The notes beneath the pieces were generated by a model. It searched no databases and was not told where the DNA came from. It saw only the letters and a program-made list of their open reading frames with translations. This document shows, piece by piece, positions 24,381 through 37,506 of a stretch of DNA of 64,000 bases. Numbering within the stretch: the first letter of the stretch is position 1; every line of letters starts with the position of its first letter. The translations under genes and the position numbers were made by a program. The DNA comes from Octopus sinensis (Eukaryota): positions 17,236,001-17,300,000 of the forward strand of contig NC_043016.1 of assembly GCF_006345805.1 (NCBI RefSeq), written 5' to 3'.

Positions 24381-26094
24381 ATATATATGGTGATTTTCTT
24401 TGAATTTATCTGAAGGGATTTGGCTCAGAGCTGGCCATCAATACACTGAACAAAAACCTGCCAAACCATATTTTGGTAAAGACAGACTTGCAACATTTGA
24501 TATCTAGACTTACTGTGACTTTGTTCTTATTCTCCAAATTCCTTAATTGCATCATTGTCCCCAACCCTAAGATTGTGGTTATTCACTATCTCCAAAAAAA
24601 CAGTACAAAATATCAAGAATCCCATTTGATATAAAGTTCATTTTATCACCACATTGCAGAGGGTGACAACGTGTGCTCAGCAAACAGATAACTTCCTTAA
24701 ATCATTAACAAAGTAATGCAAATTCACAATTATAGCAACTCATTAAGCAATTGATTGGTATTTCTCAATTATGAGATCGCAGTGAGAGGACTTATGTGAG
24801 GGCCACTAGTGCCAGGAAGAAAATACAAGAAATGCAAAATGTTTGAGTTGGTCACAAAATGGCAGCTAAAGACTCTCAAACACCATTAGTGAAACTACAA
24901 CCACACCCATACCCTCCTCCTCCTCCCCCTCCCCCTCCCCATTTTTCAATGAGTTGCCCTTTTTTTTGAGAGATCAAGAGACAGCAATGATAAAACTTCA
25001 TAGTATGGTGACTGAAAATATGATTCAAGGTCACCAACTGCAAATTTTACTAGCTTTATCAGCCTCAAACATGCTGCTGAGTACAGTAATATCTCACTTT
25101 ATGTGGACCTGCTTTGCAAGACCCTGTGATTATGAGTTTTATTTTTCAAGCACAAGATCCAAATTTTGAACAAAGTGCAAAAGTTTCTACTAAAATAACA
25201 AATGCTTCTGCATGTTACTGAGAAAATTATAGAGAGCAACCAAAAGCTTCCTCTAAGCAAACAACTCTAGACTTGTTTTTAAAAAGAAATCTACAAGTCT
25301 GTGTATGAGTGCTTGTGAATTGGCAAACACATCTAGAAGTGATGGTGAGTGTGTGTGAGTGAAAGTGGTTCAGAAAACAATTATAATTTATTTTTATTAT
25401 AAATGATCTAGACATTTTTTTTTTTTGCTTTACATAAAATATTCTTTACATTCTACTGTTGTTTTATCGCCATTTACTTACGAATATTATGAATTTTAAT
25501 AGGTAAAATATTTTTCTGAGAATGAATTATGAATTATTGCTACTATGGGAAATTGTTGCTTTCCTTTAAGAGTTTTCACTTTACAATCAGTCTTAGGAAT
25601 AAATTAACTCATATACAAGAGCATTAAGGTAGCTACCTGCAGTCAGTTAATAATCAGAAGCAAAGAAGGATATTCCCCTTCCTCCACCACACAAAAAAAA
25701 AATGAAATAAAAGAAGAAAAAATAAAGCAATGAAAGATCCTTCACTGGCACCATTGTGCTTGGATTTAGAAACTGACAGTTGCAATGGTACATGGCAGAA
25801 TGCCCCCTATCTCCCCCAATCTTTCCCATTATACAGATAATCCTACTAATCTAAACATAATTCCACAAAATTATCAGAATGGTTTCAACTCAATTTGCAT
25901 GTTTAATTAGGTAATTAAAATGACAGCGTGTTTGTTATTGTTGTTTTCTTTTGGAATTGCACTTTTTCACTAAAATGTAAACCTAAAAGTAAGCTTCATA
26001 CAACAACAGCTCTCTTTTTTTTCTTCTTTTTCTTTCTTTTTTTTTTTTTGATTAACTGTAAAAGTGTTTTTATAAGTAAGTTGTTTAATATATT

Positions 26095-26285
26095 AGCACA
26101 CCAGGCAAAATACTTAATGGCGTTTCATCTGTCTTTACATTCTGAGTTCAAATTCCACCAGGGTTGACTTTGCCTTTCATCCATTTGGGGTCGATAAATT
26201 AAGTACCAGTTGCGCACTGGAGTCGATCTAATTGACTATCCCCCTCCCCCAAAATTTCAGGACTTTTGCCAAGAGTAGAAAGGAA
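26095..26285 (+). mobile_element. SINE family A
   Basis: ttctgagttcaaattcc...gactttgcctttcatccatttggggtcgat. Confidence 0.8.
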
Positions 26286-26384
26286 TATATTTAGTGTTTG
26301 GAAAAGAGCAGAGTAAACCCAGACTGAAACGGTAAAAGCACATTTAAAGAATACTTTCAACAGAAATCCTTTGTAGATATCTTT

Positions 26385-26770
26385 TATCCTTTATTCTGTC
26401 ACTTGTTTCAGTCATTTGACTGCGACCATGCTGGGGCACTGTCTTGAAGAATTTTTGGTAAAATTAATTGACCTCAGTACTTTGTTCAAAGCCTGGTACT
26501 CATTCTATCAGTATCTTTTGCTGAACTGCTTGGTTAGAGGGAAATAAACACACCAACACTGGTTTTCAAGTGGTGGTGAGGGATAAACAGACACACACAC
26601 ACGTGATGGGCTTATTTCAGTTTCCATCTACGAAATCTACTCACAAGTCTTTGACCAGCCCGAGTCTATTGTAGAAGACTCTTGCCCAAGATGCTATGCA
26701 GTGGGACTGAACCCGGAACCATGTGGCTGTTTTGCTAAGCAAATTCTTATCACAGAACCACACCTACACC
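26385..26770 (-). mobile_element. SINE family C
   Basis: Reverse complement of the 22201 family. Confidence 0.8.
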
Positions 26771-29728
26771 TAAATAGGAAAGCTTTATAATTTATATTTC
26801 GGAAATGTTAATGTTTATTAACATTTATTAACATTTTTAATATCTTGCATTATTCTAATTAAACAATAACACTCAAAAATTCACATTTTCATAAACTATT
26901 TGAAGAAATAATTTTTGCTTGGTCTTATTGAGCAACTTGCTTTAAAAAAATAGTAATGTGGCGTTAGAATTGCCAGAGAAGAGTGCTGCTAGTGATAGAA
27001 TTAAGTAGGTCAGACATTCCTTGGAAAAAGTATATTTGAAGAATTTTCCATTATAAAACTATAATTTTTTTTTTAAGCAAGGATTATTATTTTAAATATG
27101 TAAAGTAGTCTATTTATATGAGTCAAATTATGTGAGTCAAATTATATGAGTCAAATTATGTCAATACTGACTTTGCATTTTGTCTCATGAAAGATCAATA
27201 GAATAAGTCACCATCATTATTCCCACCATAACATCCCTTTTGCCATTCTGAAGTAGGTCATTTGGAATCTGTGGAAGCAGATTTTTATAGCTGGATGCCC
27301 TCCCTATCACCAACCCTCACCTGTTTCCAAGTAAGGTAAAGAATTCCCAGTGGCCAGGCATGTTCTTGCAGAATATTGGAAACAAATGACACAGCTTGTA
27401 TGACAGAGACACTCGTTTACAACTATCATGTGATGTCAAGACCAGGAGATATAAACACACACACACACACACATAGATATAGCTTTTTTTCTGTTTCTAT
27501 TGGCCAAATCCACTCACAAAGCTTAATCTGCCAGAGGCTGTTGTAGAAGACACTTGCTTAAGGTGCCATGCAGTGGGATTGACCCCCCCCAAAACACATC
27601 ATTGAGAAACAAACTTCTTGACTAGAACTGGTGTCAGTATAACAGACTTAAAACATTTGGATATGGTGCCCCAGCATAGCCACAATGGAATGACTAGAAT
27701 CAGAAAAAAAAATTTAAAATACCTTAGAAAAGATCTCAAAGAATGTCAAAGTATCCATCCATATTCTATGAAATTCTAATCTACACAGATGTAAAGGCTG
27801 AGGCAAATTGGATAAATGTTGAAGCGAAAGAACAACTATCTACTTTCCTAATTGCAGTAAAAATGCCAATAGATGATTATATATCCTTACGCAAAATGGA
27901 AAACTTCTCTAAATATTATCCATCTATCAATGCTGGGCAACTTGCTTGGACCAGCAATAACCCTTCAACACCAGATGCCTTGATCGTGTGATAAGGCATG
28001 AAAGTTGGTTTGAGTTTTAATCAAAATGGCCTTTTCTTAGCTGAAATACTTCCTCTGTGCATGCCATGACTACAGATGATAGCAGTATGTCACTAACTGA
28101 ACTGGTTGATCCTGTCTGTTGCCAGCTTATTGTCTGTTCATCTGCTCAGCATCTTGTGATATTCACCATTGATTCAATAGGTTCATTTGTTGAAGGTTCA
28201 TGTTGCATCCCATGAAATCAACATATCTTAGCTTAGGTGATCACATGCTATTTAACCCATGGTGGGGACCTTGACAGCTACTTCTGTTCTCAGTCAGAGT
28301 AGATCTGGGAACAATAGTGGCTATGAAGTGGTTTCACACTCCTGAAAATCCCCGGAACTCCTGAACCAGGGTCACGCTATGGGATGCAGTTTAAAATAAA
28401 GCCCCTAAAAAAAAAATATAATGATCTGGAAATTGAGAGAACAGAAATGCATGACATGAAGAGAAACTTTTCTCCTAAGAATTGGTGTTTTACGAATGAT
28501 TAAAAAAGATTCACTCAATTCAAATCACAAACCCTTGTACTTAGAACTAAACTGAACAAACGGGAAATCACCGCACTGAACAATCATGGGATGAAGAGTA
28601 CCTCTGATACCATATAGAATCATAAAGGAAACACAGCACATGTTCAAGGTGCATAGAGCTGTGCTCAATAATGCAGTTAAAGTTTGCAACAGAGAGACTA
28701 TTGAATGGCATTACTATTAATATCAATAATAAACCGATCCTGTCTGTGTTAGCATTTCGGTTGTGTGTACCCATAACAAGATAATAATAGTAATAATAAT
28801 AATTACAATAAATAATGGGAATCTAACCTTTATCATGATGATTTATAACCAGCAAACAAAACCAAAATTTAATTGGAAATGTCGAGGTTTCAAGTAACAT
28901 TGCCATTCTTTAGCTTTTTTCTTCTTTTTTTTTTGTGTGCTGAAACTGCCTCATAACTCCTATTCTTCACTAATTTGTACCAAATGTGACGTATTTGGTA
29001 TTTTCTGTCTATTGGCATTGTTCATTTGGCTGACTCTGATTTTGTCATTCCCGCCTGAGCCCTTTCACATTTCCCTTTCCAAACTCTTTGTTCTTTGTCA
29101 TGCCATGTATAAAAATGAAAACTGTCAAGATGTTGAGAAACGAGTACTTAACAACTAAGACAATGTTTGTCTTGGATTCCAAAGTATTCTTTACTCTGAT
29201 GCTATGTTGTCTTTACTCACCAACATGTAAAACAGAATAAGACTACGTCTGCTTCTAAATACTACAATCGGAAATTTTCCACAAATTATCTTTGGTAAAT
29301 TTGTTGTCTGACCTTAAAGGTTGTCATTTCGAGTCTTGTTATCGAAAGGTCATGCTTTGGGGGTAAAATATGAGTTTAGTTCCTCACTTAGTGAGAAAGA
29401 TTAAAGGGTATTGTCAGTTTTAATTTATTTTTTTTCATTAAACACACACAAATCATGATCTTTCTCTCACTCGCCTTCTTTCTTTCACACTTACTTTCTC
29501 TTCTCACTTAGAATTATTATAACATTCTCCTTGACTTGACGCATGGCATAAAATATCAAAGGTAAATAAAAAAAAAACAAAAAACACCAGAACAAAATAA
29601 TATAAGACATTTTACTGTATGAACTTTAGATAAGTACAACTGAAAGCCTTGGTCATCAAATAAGGTAATTGTTTATTGTATCATCACTTGGTTCTGATAT
29701 TGTTCCAGCTCAATTAAATATACATATG

Positions 29729-29764
29729 TATATATGTGTGTGTGTGTGTGTGTGCATATATATA

Positions 29765-29811
<47 letters not shown>

Positions 29812-30002
29812 TATGTATGTATATATATATAATATATGTATGTATATATATATATGTATGTATATATATATATGTATATATAATATATGTATGTATATAT
29901 ATATATATATGTATGTATATATATATATATATATATGTATGTATATATATATATATATATGTACGTATATATATATATGTATATATATACACACACACAC
30001 AC

Positions 30003-30050
<48 letters not shown>

Positions 30051-30154
30051 TACACACACACACACATATATATATATATACACACACATATATATACATA
30101 TATATATATATAAATATATACATATGTATATATATATATATATACATATATTTA

Positions 30155-30194
<40 letters not shown>

Positions 30195-30223
30195 CATATA
30201 TTTATATATATATATATGTATAT
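29729..30223. repeat. Compound (TG)n/(TA)n/(CA)n microsatellite
   Basis: Direct reading. Confidence 0.98.
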
Positions 30224-30585
30224 AGTAAATGTGATCGGATTGACATGAAAATTTGCACACCTATGTTAAAAGTGCTGGGGAGTTTGCATGGCACCTTTGA
30301 GTTTGCTCAATTGAAAGGTGTGGCCTCGAGGGCAAAATTCCTCATCTTTAAAATGTGGCCCGAGTATACCAGAATGAAATCGGGTTATAATACTAGCATA
30401 TATATATATATATATATATATACATACACATACTCATACATACACATACTCATACACACACATATACACATATAATCTTATCACATTGAATGCTCTGCTT
30501 ATTGTTGATCATTGAAGTTAAGCAACATCTAGCCTGGTTAGTACACAGATGGGTGACCACTTGAGAAATTTAGCTGCTGTAGAGG

Positions 30586-30870
30586 CACAATCATGGCTGT
30601 GTGGTAAGAAGCTTGCTTTCCAGCCACATGGTCCATGGTTCAGTCCCACTGCATGACACCTTGGTCAAGTGTTTTCTACTGTAGGGTCTGGCTGACCAAA
30701 GTCTTGTGAGTGGATTTGGTAGACAGAAACTGAAAGAAGTTCCTCTCTCTATGTGTGTGTGTGTGCGTGTGTGTGTATGTATGTCTGTGTGTGTGTGTAT
30801 TTATGTTTGTGCTTATCCCCAGCACTTGACAACCGGTGTTGGTCTGTTTACACCCTCGTAAATTAGCTGT
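30586..30870 (+). mobile_element. SINE family C
   Basis: catggctgtgtggtaagaagcttgc...ggttcagtcccactgc. Confidence 0.85.
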
Positions 30871-31115
30871 CAGAGTTACAGAAGTTTAAAGTTTGACCAT
30901 TTTTACCCAGTTAAAAAACAGGATCTGCAAGCTGTCATTTTGTGCGTGACAGCATGTTGTCGACTGTAAACAAATGAAATATTGGTGGAATTTTGCTTTA
31001 TATACGCCAATATAAACCCTTATAACATTTTTATTTTTTGAAATTTTTGAAAATTTTGTATTCTACACATAAGAATTCAGACGATTATGCAGAACAAAAA
31101 TAAATAAAAAGATAA

Positions 31116-31307
31116 GGCGTAAATTCGGTATAAGTACCGGAAGTACCGGATACATTTCAAGAGAGTGATTTTTTTAATATATATATGGGGGTTAGAGTTA
31201 GGGTTTGTGTTGGGGTTAGGTTTAGGGTTAGGGGTAAGAGAAAATTGTTTCTGTTATCTTCAGAAATGTAAACAAAGTCACGTGTGTACTTATACCGAAA
31301 GATCGCC
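31116..31307. mobile_element. 192-bp MITE, 8-bp TSD, GG termini, internal TTAGGG-like array (Merlin-like)
   Basis: TSD AAAGATAA at 31108-31115 and 31308-31315. TIR GGCG(taaa/atct)TTCGGTATAAGTAC. Internal ggggttagagttagggtttg...gttaggtttagggttagggg at 31188-31236. Confidence 0.85.
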
Positions 31308-31380
31308 AAAGATAAAAATAAAGGCTTATTCAGCTATTACTTTTAGCACATCTCACAATCACCATGCTAAAAATGACAGA

Positions 31381-31597
31381 GCGGCGAGCTGGCAGAAACG
31401 TTAGCACGCCGGGCAAAGTGCTTAGCAGTATTTCGTCTGTCTACGTTCTGGATTCAAATTCCGCCGAGGTCAACTTTGCCTTTCATAAGGTATAAATTAA
31501 GTACCAGTTACGCACTGGGGTCGACGTAATCGACTTAATCCCATTGTTTGTTCCCTCTATGTTTAGCCCCCACCCTCCCGGTGGGCAATAAAGAAAC
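31381..31597 (+). mobile_element. SINE family A
   Basis: Near-identical to 1372-1602. Confidence 0.88.
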
Positions 31598-32564
31598 AGA
31601 TATGCTAAAAGTGACCGTGTGAGTAAAATAGCTTGGACTGTTACTATGGAAACTGGTATGAATGTGTATATGGCTTACGATTGACTGAAAAAACCCAACA
31701 GTTTCAAACTTTAAAAGTTATAAACTCTTTATTTATTGATTTATGAATTTCCTGTCAATGATTACCATACAAACCTACATCATTACAACGAATATGAAAT
31801 CAATTGGAACAGAAATTGAAGAAACTGGAAATTGGAAGCCAAACTGGAAAGATCCAAGTGGGGAAACAGTCATTTCAGAAAAATATGTTTTTGGTGATAA
31901 AAATTAAAAAGAATGAATGTGTATCATAGAAAACAAGTAAAAAATGAATGCAAATATAAATAAACTACACAGGCTTAGTATGAGTGAGTGAGTGAGTGTG
32001 GGGGGAAAGGGTCGTATGCGTGTAAGAAAGAAAACAGAGGACTGGGGAAAAAGGAAAGGGGGAAGAGGAGGTAGAGAAGGAGAAATAAAAATGGGAGGTG
32101 ATGGGAAAGAGTAAGTTAAGAAGGTAGTGATAAGTTACAAGTGACAACTTGTCAATATGGATAGACAAAAGCAATTAGGAAGTGTAGTGAATGAGGAATT
32201 AGAGATTAAAAATTAAGGAAGGAGGTTAAAGACAGCAACACACGAACGAACGCACCAAACCGAATGATGTAAGTGTGTGTGTGTGTGTGTGTGTGAATGT
32301 GTGTGTGTGTGTGTGTGTGTGGCTGTGTGTGTGGGGGAATGTGCGTGTGTGTGTGTGTGCGAGAATGTGTGTGTGTATGTAAAAGAGCGGTTCACGATAT
32401 TGATTCACAGAATGGTGTGATTATCACAATAAGCTCCTCTTAAGGACTTGGCTAGTACAAAGAAGTGTAATGTATAGTGTCCATGTAGCTAAAAATCAAG
32501 AAGATCCGAGCGATAAAGATACTTCTCGAGGAGGATATAAAATCATAAACTCAGGAGGTATGAG

Positions 32565-32618
32565 ACATGAATATATATGTGAGTGGATTTGGTAGACGAA
32601 AACTGAAAGAAGCTCATC

Positions 32619-32695
<77 letters not shown>

Positions 32696-32915
32696 GTGTA
32701 TATACATGTGTATATTTGTGCGTATATCTGTGATTGTCCCCGCACCATCGCTTGACAACCGATGTTGGTGTGTTTACGTCCCCGTAATCTAGCGATTCGG
32801 CAAAAGAGACCGATAGAATAAGTACTAAGCTTACAAAGGAGAAGTCCTGGGGGTCAATTTGTTCGTCCAAAGGCGGTACTCCAGCATGGCCGCTGTTAAA
32901 AGGCTGAAATAAGTA
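32565..32915 (+). mobile_element. SINE family C, 5'-truncated
   Basis: gtgagtggatttggtagacgaaaactgaaagaag...cttgacaaccgatgttggtg...ccagcatggccgc. Confidence 0.8.
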
Positions 32916-33233
32916 AATGACCGAAATGTCTCTTCCAAAGGGTTACAGCCGTTTCACAATCTCCATTTGATATTAATTTCATCTAGGAAGAAATTATGCC
33001 TACATGTTTTCAATAATATGTATGTTCAGCATTATACAATATCATTGTATACTCACGAATCAATGCAAATGAAAAAAGCTAGCTCATCAGATCACCGCAA
33101 ATTAGGTTTACACCGACAAGTCAACTCTTAATATACATTTCAATTTTCTTAAAATATAGACAATGTATTTTCTTTCAGTATGATACATATATGCTATTTT
33201 AATCTGATACGGCTTCTGTTACCCCACCAACGG

Positions 33234-33288
<55 letters not shown>

Positions 33289-33525
33289 CGTGCATACGTA
33301 TGTTCTACATATATATGGTTCATGTGTACAAAAAACGAAAGACAAAGACAGGTGAGGGAACAAGCAGGTGTATTAGTTTGATGCTCGGAAAGAATGGGTA
33401 AACACACACACACACACACACACACACAAAACTTACTGTTAATACAAGGTGGGTGGCGTTGCGTTCTGTTACTTAAATTAAAAAACGCACTACAAACAAA
33501 CAAACAAACGACATAACGTAGACCA

Positions 33526-33674
33526 AGTGCTCAACCGGACGGGAGACAGACAAGGAAGCCCCCCGCCCCCAATTCTTCATCAGCCATCGACCAAATAGCA
33601 ACATTCAGTCTCGCACCATTAATGATGAAGAATTGGGGTCCTTCTGTGTCTGCTTCCCGTCCGGGTTGAGCACT
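33526..33674. repeat. GC-rich imperfect palindrome (~55-bp arms, ~38-nt loop)
   Basis: agtgctcaaccggacggga...cccaattcttcatca pairs with tgatgaagaattgggg...tcccgtccgggttgagcact. Confidence 0.85.
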
Positions 33675-34804
33675 CGATGTACTTTAAAAAAAATTTTTTT
33701 TTCTTTTATCATTTATAATCTAAATTATAAGACAAAGAAATCCTTTAACACATCTTTAATGATTCGTTACAACTGTTTCCGTACTAACTCTGCTTGCGAC
33801 ACCGGTTTACGCTAAAGTTCGAAATGAAAAAACTTACGTAATGTTTGCGATTTTAGACATTAGAGAGACACCTCGTTAGACTTGCATCAAAGGTGCCACT
33901 TCCAGACATTGCTTCTTGGCTTATATCGGGAGGAAAGAAAAAGTAAATAAAAGCGTGTCTACTGTATCATCATTACCATTTCGCTGCTCTTGGCCACCCC
34001 CATGCATCATCGGTTTCCTCTCCCCAACCCCTTTATCCATCATTCAATAATCCACACCTCAACACTTTGTTCTTTATTCATCATATTCACTCTTCACTTC
34101 CCCACATTAGTCTTACAACTGCTATCCAAACTCTCTGTTCTCCCACCCCCATTCACTTTGTGGTGCTTGCTGCATGGGTATTTGTCGGTTGACATCAAGT
34201 CCAGCTGCGTGTTGTCCCACAATAAACCAATTACGAACAGTTATAAAAGCAATTACAATATTCATATAATTACATAACCGTTTGCCAATAGCATAATATG
34301 GTGTGCTAGAACCAAACGTAGTCGTATTTAAGCAACTAACAATAGAGATTAGCTTCTCGTGAGAGCGGGAATGATGCTTGTCCATCTAACTTGAAGAATT
34401 CCTTTCAACATCGGGGCTGAACTGCAACCAAAGAAAACTTGTCGAAGGGCTTGCTGCTTGTACTTCTGAGGATGTGTTCTCCTGTGCCTTTCTCAACCTC
34501 TGCGCTGATTCTGGCGTGCTTTAACTTTTACAGTTGCAAATACGTAAATCAAAGAACATTTCATGATTTGGGGGGAAATTTCTTCAAGCTGTTTGGTCGG
34601 TAATCAGGACACGTCATCTGACTCAAGTGTGAATTAGATCCAGCTATCAGATCTGTTAACTATTTTCCTCTCTTCCTATTTCATCCCTACCAACTCTTTC
34701 TCTACAGCAAAAAAAAAAAAAAAAAACCCAAAAAACCATGTTCTGCTTTGGCTTCTCTTCTCAAACCTGTCATTTTCTAGCATAAAGCTGCCTTTCTCGG
34801 GGTT

Positions 34805-35030
34805 TGTGACCTCACGAGTGCCGATGATACAAAACCACCCTTTATACACAATAAAGTGGTTGGTATTAGGAAGAGCATCTAACCATAGAAACTATGCCAA
34901 AGCAGGCATTGGAGCCCAACGAAATCCTTTGGCCCGTTGGTCCCTGTCAAATCCTCCAATCCAATCCAGCATGGAACTTGTACACACATATCATCATCAT
35001 CATCATCATCATCATCGTCGTCGTCGTCGT
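34805..35030 (+). mobile_element. RTE-type 3' tail fragment ending in a (CAT)n/(CGT)n microsatellite
   Basis: TTGGTATTAGGAAGAGCATC...CCAATCCAGCATGG; the same tail recurs at 27240-27455 (-), 38285 (-), 42880 (+), 43135-43460 (+), 45480-45638 (+), 47262-47440 (-), 49395-49730 (-) and 55803-56075 (-). Confidence 0.7.
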
Positions 35031-35145
35031 CATATTTTTGTTTTTACAAGCTTAATAAATGTCGAAATGAAATAATATTTCGTTGTGAGTTTTTATATCT
35101 TCTTTATTCCCTTAATTGATCGAGTGCTGTACTACTTGTTGCAAG

Positions 35146-35187
<42 letters not shown>

Positions 35188-35203
35188 GTATCTTCTTTGG
35201 GAG

Positions 35204-36435
35204 TATGGGATTAGCGAAAAAGTTCTTTTTCAAATGGAAAATAAAACACAAGTTTTTGACACAAAGTGATTTATTCAATCGTCGATATAATTGCTGTTTA
35301 GTTTTGGTATCTTCTGCCATCTTGTGGGTAGATCCATTTTTACCTGCCTTTAGTGGCGAAGAATTCTTCCAGGTGAATTTTTGCATTTTCTTTAGAGTTT
35401 GTTCATCCTTCGTCAGAGTTTGTCCATTCAATGAATTTTGAAGAGGCTGAGATAGATAGGAATCTGAAAGTGCAAGGTCGAGCGTAAAGGAAGGGAGCGG
35501 CAAAACCTCTCTGCCAAGCCCCAGTAATGTCTATTGTGTCTGCAAAGAAGTCTGCAGTCTAATGCCGCGATGAAGGACAATGCCCTTAAGTATTGTTACT
35601 GATGCTGCATTCAGTTTGTCCAGCTGGTCATTGTATTCATCTGAATTGATGGTCCTGTCTGTGGGAAGCAGCTTGTAAAAGACAACATTCTTCCAATTCC
35701 ACCAAATTCAAAGCATAACGTTCTTTTGATGAAGTCCTGTGATGATTTGCCCCCCCCCCACCACTACGATCGTTTGCACTTCATATCGTTATTGATGATA
35801 CACTTTTCGACCCTTGTCACCATTCTCTCTAGAACAAAAAAAAAAACGTTTTCTTTACGTATTTGCATCGAATCAGTGATAGATATTCATTGTGCCATAT
35901 TCTTCACATTGATTTGATGTGAGACCCAAACCTTGAGCCTGTTGTTGTAGATGGTTTTCTACACTTTATTTGGATACTTGGAGAATATCTGCAATCATCC
36001 TGCAATGGGGAGGTGGGCAGCTCACGATTGACTCTTTCACTTTGTTGCTATTAATCTCAGCTAGCTGACCCGAGTGTGTTGCATCTTGAACCGAAAAATT
36101 TCCTGATCGAATTCTTGAGAGTCACTTCTAACACATACATTCTGCAACAGCACTTACCATTCTGCAGTTTTTCACTGCTTTCTTGCCCTTTTTTAATACA
36201 AATAAAAAAATCTGACGTATCAATAAAGTTCGTTTCGAGGGTGATTTCAAGCACACAAAGTACAAAACAGTATTGTCGTCGTAGGTTCACTTCGAACTTA
36301 GTGCCAGATATCTAACGAGTCAGCATGCGCAGAACCAAAAACCGCGAAGGTTGTCGGTTACCTAACAAGTATGCATGAACAAAGGTGTGTGTGGGGAGGG
36401 AACGAACGAATTTTTTTTTTTTGGCCAACCTAATA
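35204..36435 (-). mobile_element. Full-length (~1.23 kb) degenerate mariner transposon (pseudogenised transposase)
   Basis: Minus-strand remnants in order: KKGKKAVKNCR, IADILQVSK*SVENHL, KVWVSHQ (WVPHE), ERMVTRVEK (VTGDEKW), HQKNVML*IWWNWK...LLPTDRTINSDEYNDQLDKL, LPSFTLDLALSDSYL (YSPDLAPSDYHLF). Degenerate TIRs tatgggattagcgaaaaagttc (35204) and ...ttttggccaacctaata (36435). Confidence 0.9.
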
Positions 36436-36489
36436 TTTTGAACTCTTCCATGAATAAATATTGAAATGCGGATATATTTTTCTTCTCAG

Positions 36490-36628
36490 GGAAACTCAAG
36501 ATCGGACGCTAATATTCAAGATTCAGTCGTTAATTGCTCAACATTTTCCGTCAGTTCGTTTCCGTGCCAGAAGTTTGTTCGTCGCTACTTGGCATGAAGT
36601 TGGATATTTCAGCCAGAAATATGACAAG
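36490..36628 (+). CDS. Nid: Internal exon (139 nt, phase 2 to 0) of a NIDO-domain gene, probably nidogen/entactin
   Basis: Acceptor ttttcttctcAG at 36488-36489 and donor GTgaga at 36629. Translates (R)ETQDRTLIFKIQSLIAQHFPSVRFRARSLFVATWHEVGYFSQKYDK, matching the NIDO motif YRE...FVATWxxVGYF. Joins in frame to the 58327 exon giving KYDK|TNTFQ. Nidogen versus another NIDO-family gene rests on resemblance only. Confidence 0.88.
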
Positions 36629-36848
36629 GTGAGAGAATTTTTATTAACATCTATAACTTGATAAAATGTCTTTTAAGTGAAACTAAGGCTTCTAATAATG
36701 CTTAAAATATTCAATAAATTCTATCTAAAATATCAACATGGATAAAAAATTATTTATTGATCTTTTTTTTTCAGTACTTTTAATATTTGCAGCAAAGTAT
36801 TTAATTTCTTTGTACACACACACACACGTATACATATATCCTTATACA

Positions 36849-36967
36849 GGCGGTGAACCAATACTCAGACAAGTACAAGAGTACGTCCTCATTAATGAAA
36901 CGCCCCCACCCTAACTCTAAACTTAACCCCCGAAAACGGGTGGTGTGCGCATTCTTTACCTTCGTCT
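36849..36967. mobile_element. 119-bp insertion with 8-bp TSD and a CCCTAA-like array
   Basis: CTTATACA at 36841-36848 and 36968-36975; starts GGCGG; contains ccctaactctaaacttaaccccc. TIR is poor. Confidence 0.55.
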
Positions 36968-36989
36968 CTTATACACACACACATACATA

Positions 36990-37506
36990 TAACGTAAATC
37001 CTCGAGTATAGTCTGCCCTTGAGTATAATACGCAGGGAATTTTTAGAGGGCTGTACCTCTGAAAAACCTAAACCTTGTGTATAATACGCACCCCTTCTCT
37101 AACTTGAGTCAAGGAGGTCTATATAATGTCCTTGGTTTGTAAAAATGTATACGGTAACGTCCTTTATTATTATTGTATATATAACATAATGCAAACGTGT
37201 AGCTTTTTGTGCATTTTGTTTGCAGAAAATAAAGAAATAACAGTAATAACGTTTAATAAATGTTGCTTACTGCAAGTTATGGATGATTCTTTTATGACTT
37301 CATTGCTTTCAGGCTTAGCTTAAAGTATTTTCGTACCCGGCATCACAAAATGCGTCTGAATAAACATTGCCGGACAGCAAATAGATACTCGGACATTGCT
37401 CTTAGAAAATAATTTTCATTTTTAACCTTGTATATAGTACGCACTAGGGATTTTGGCCATTAAATTCTGGGAAAAAAATGCCCATTATACTCGAGGATTT
37501 ACAGTA
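36990..37506. mobile_element. pogo/Tc2-like non-autonomous DNA transposon (~515 bp)
   Basis: TIR GTAAATCCTCGAGTATA (36994-37010) / TATACTCGAGGATTTAC (37486-37502), TA-flanked. Confidence 0.8.

Noticed and set aside
27743-27991. 82-aa non-repetitive ORF as a possible nidogen exon
   Set aside because: No NIDO or signal-peptide resemblance, and no phase-compatible donor for the 36490 acceptor.
28930-29080. Possible Tc1 transposase N-terminus (AGMTKSE...) on the minus strand
   Set aside because: Similarity is too short and weak, and no TIRs were found.
32990-33100. Minus-strand CTGATGA...GAAAacatgta
   Set aside because: No stem I or stem II pairing could be built.
34122-34640. Moderately GC-rich segment with an 87-aa minus ORF
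   Set aside because: No motif recognised in any frame; probably decayed repeat, needs a database search.
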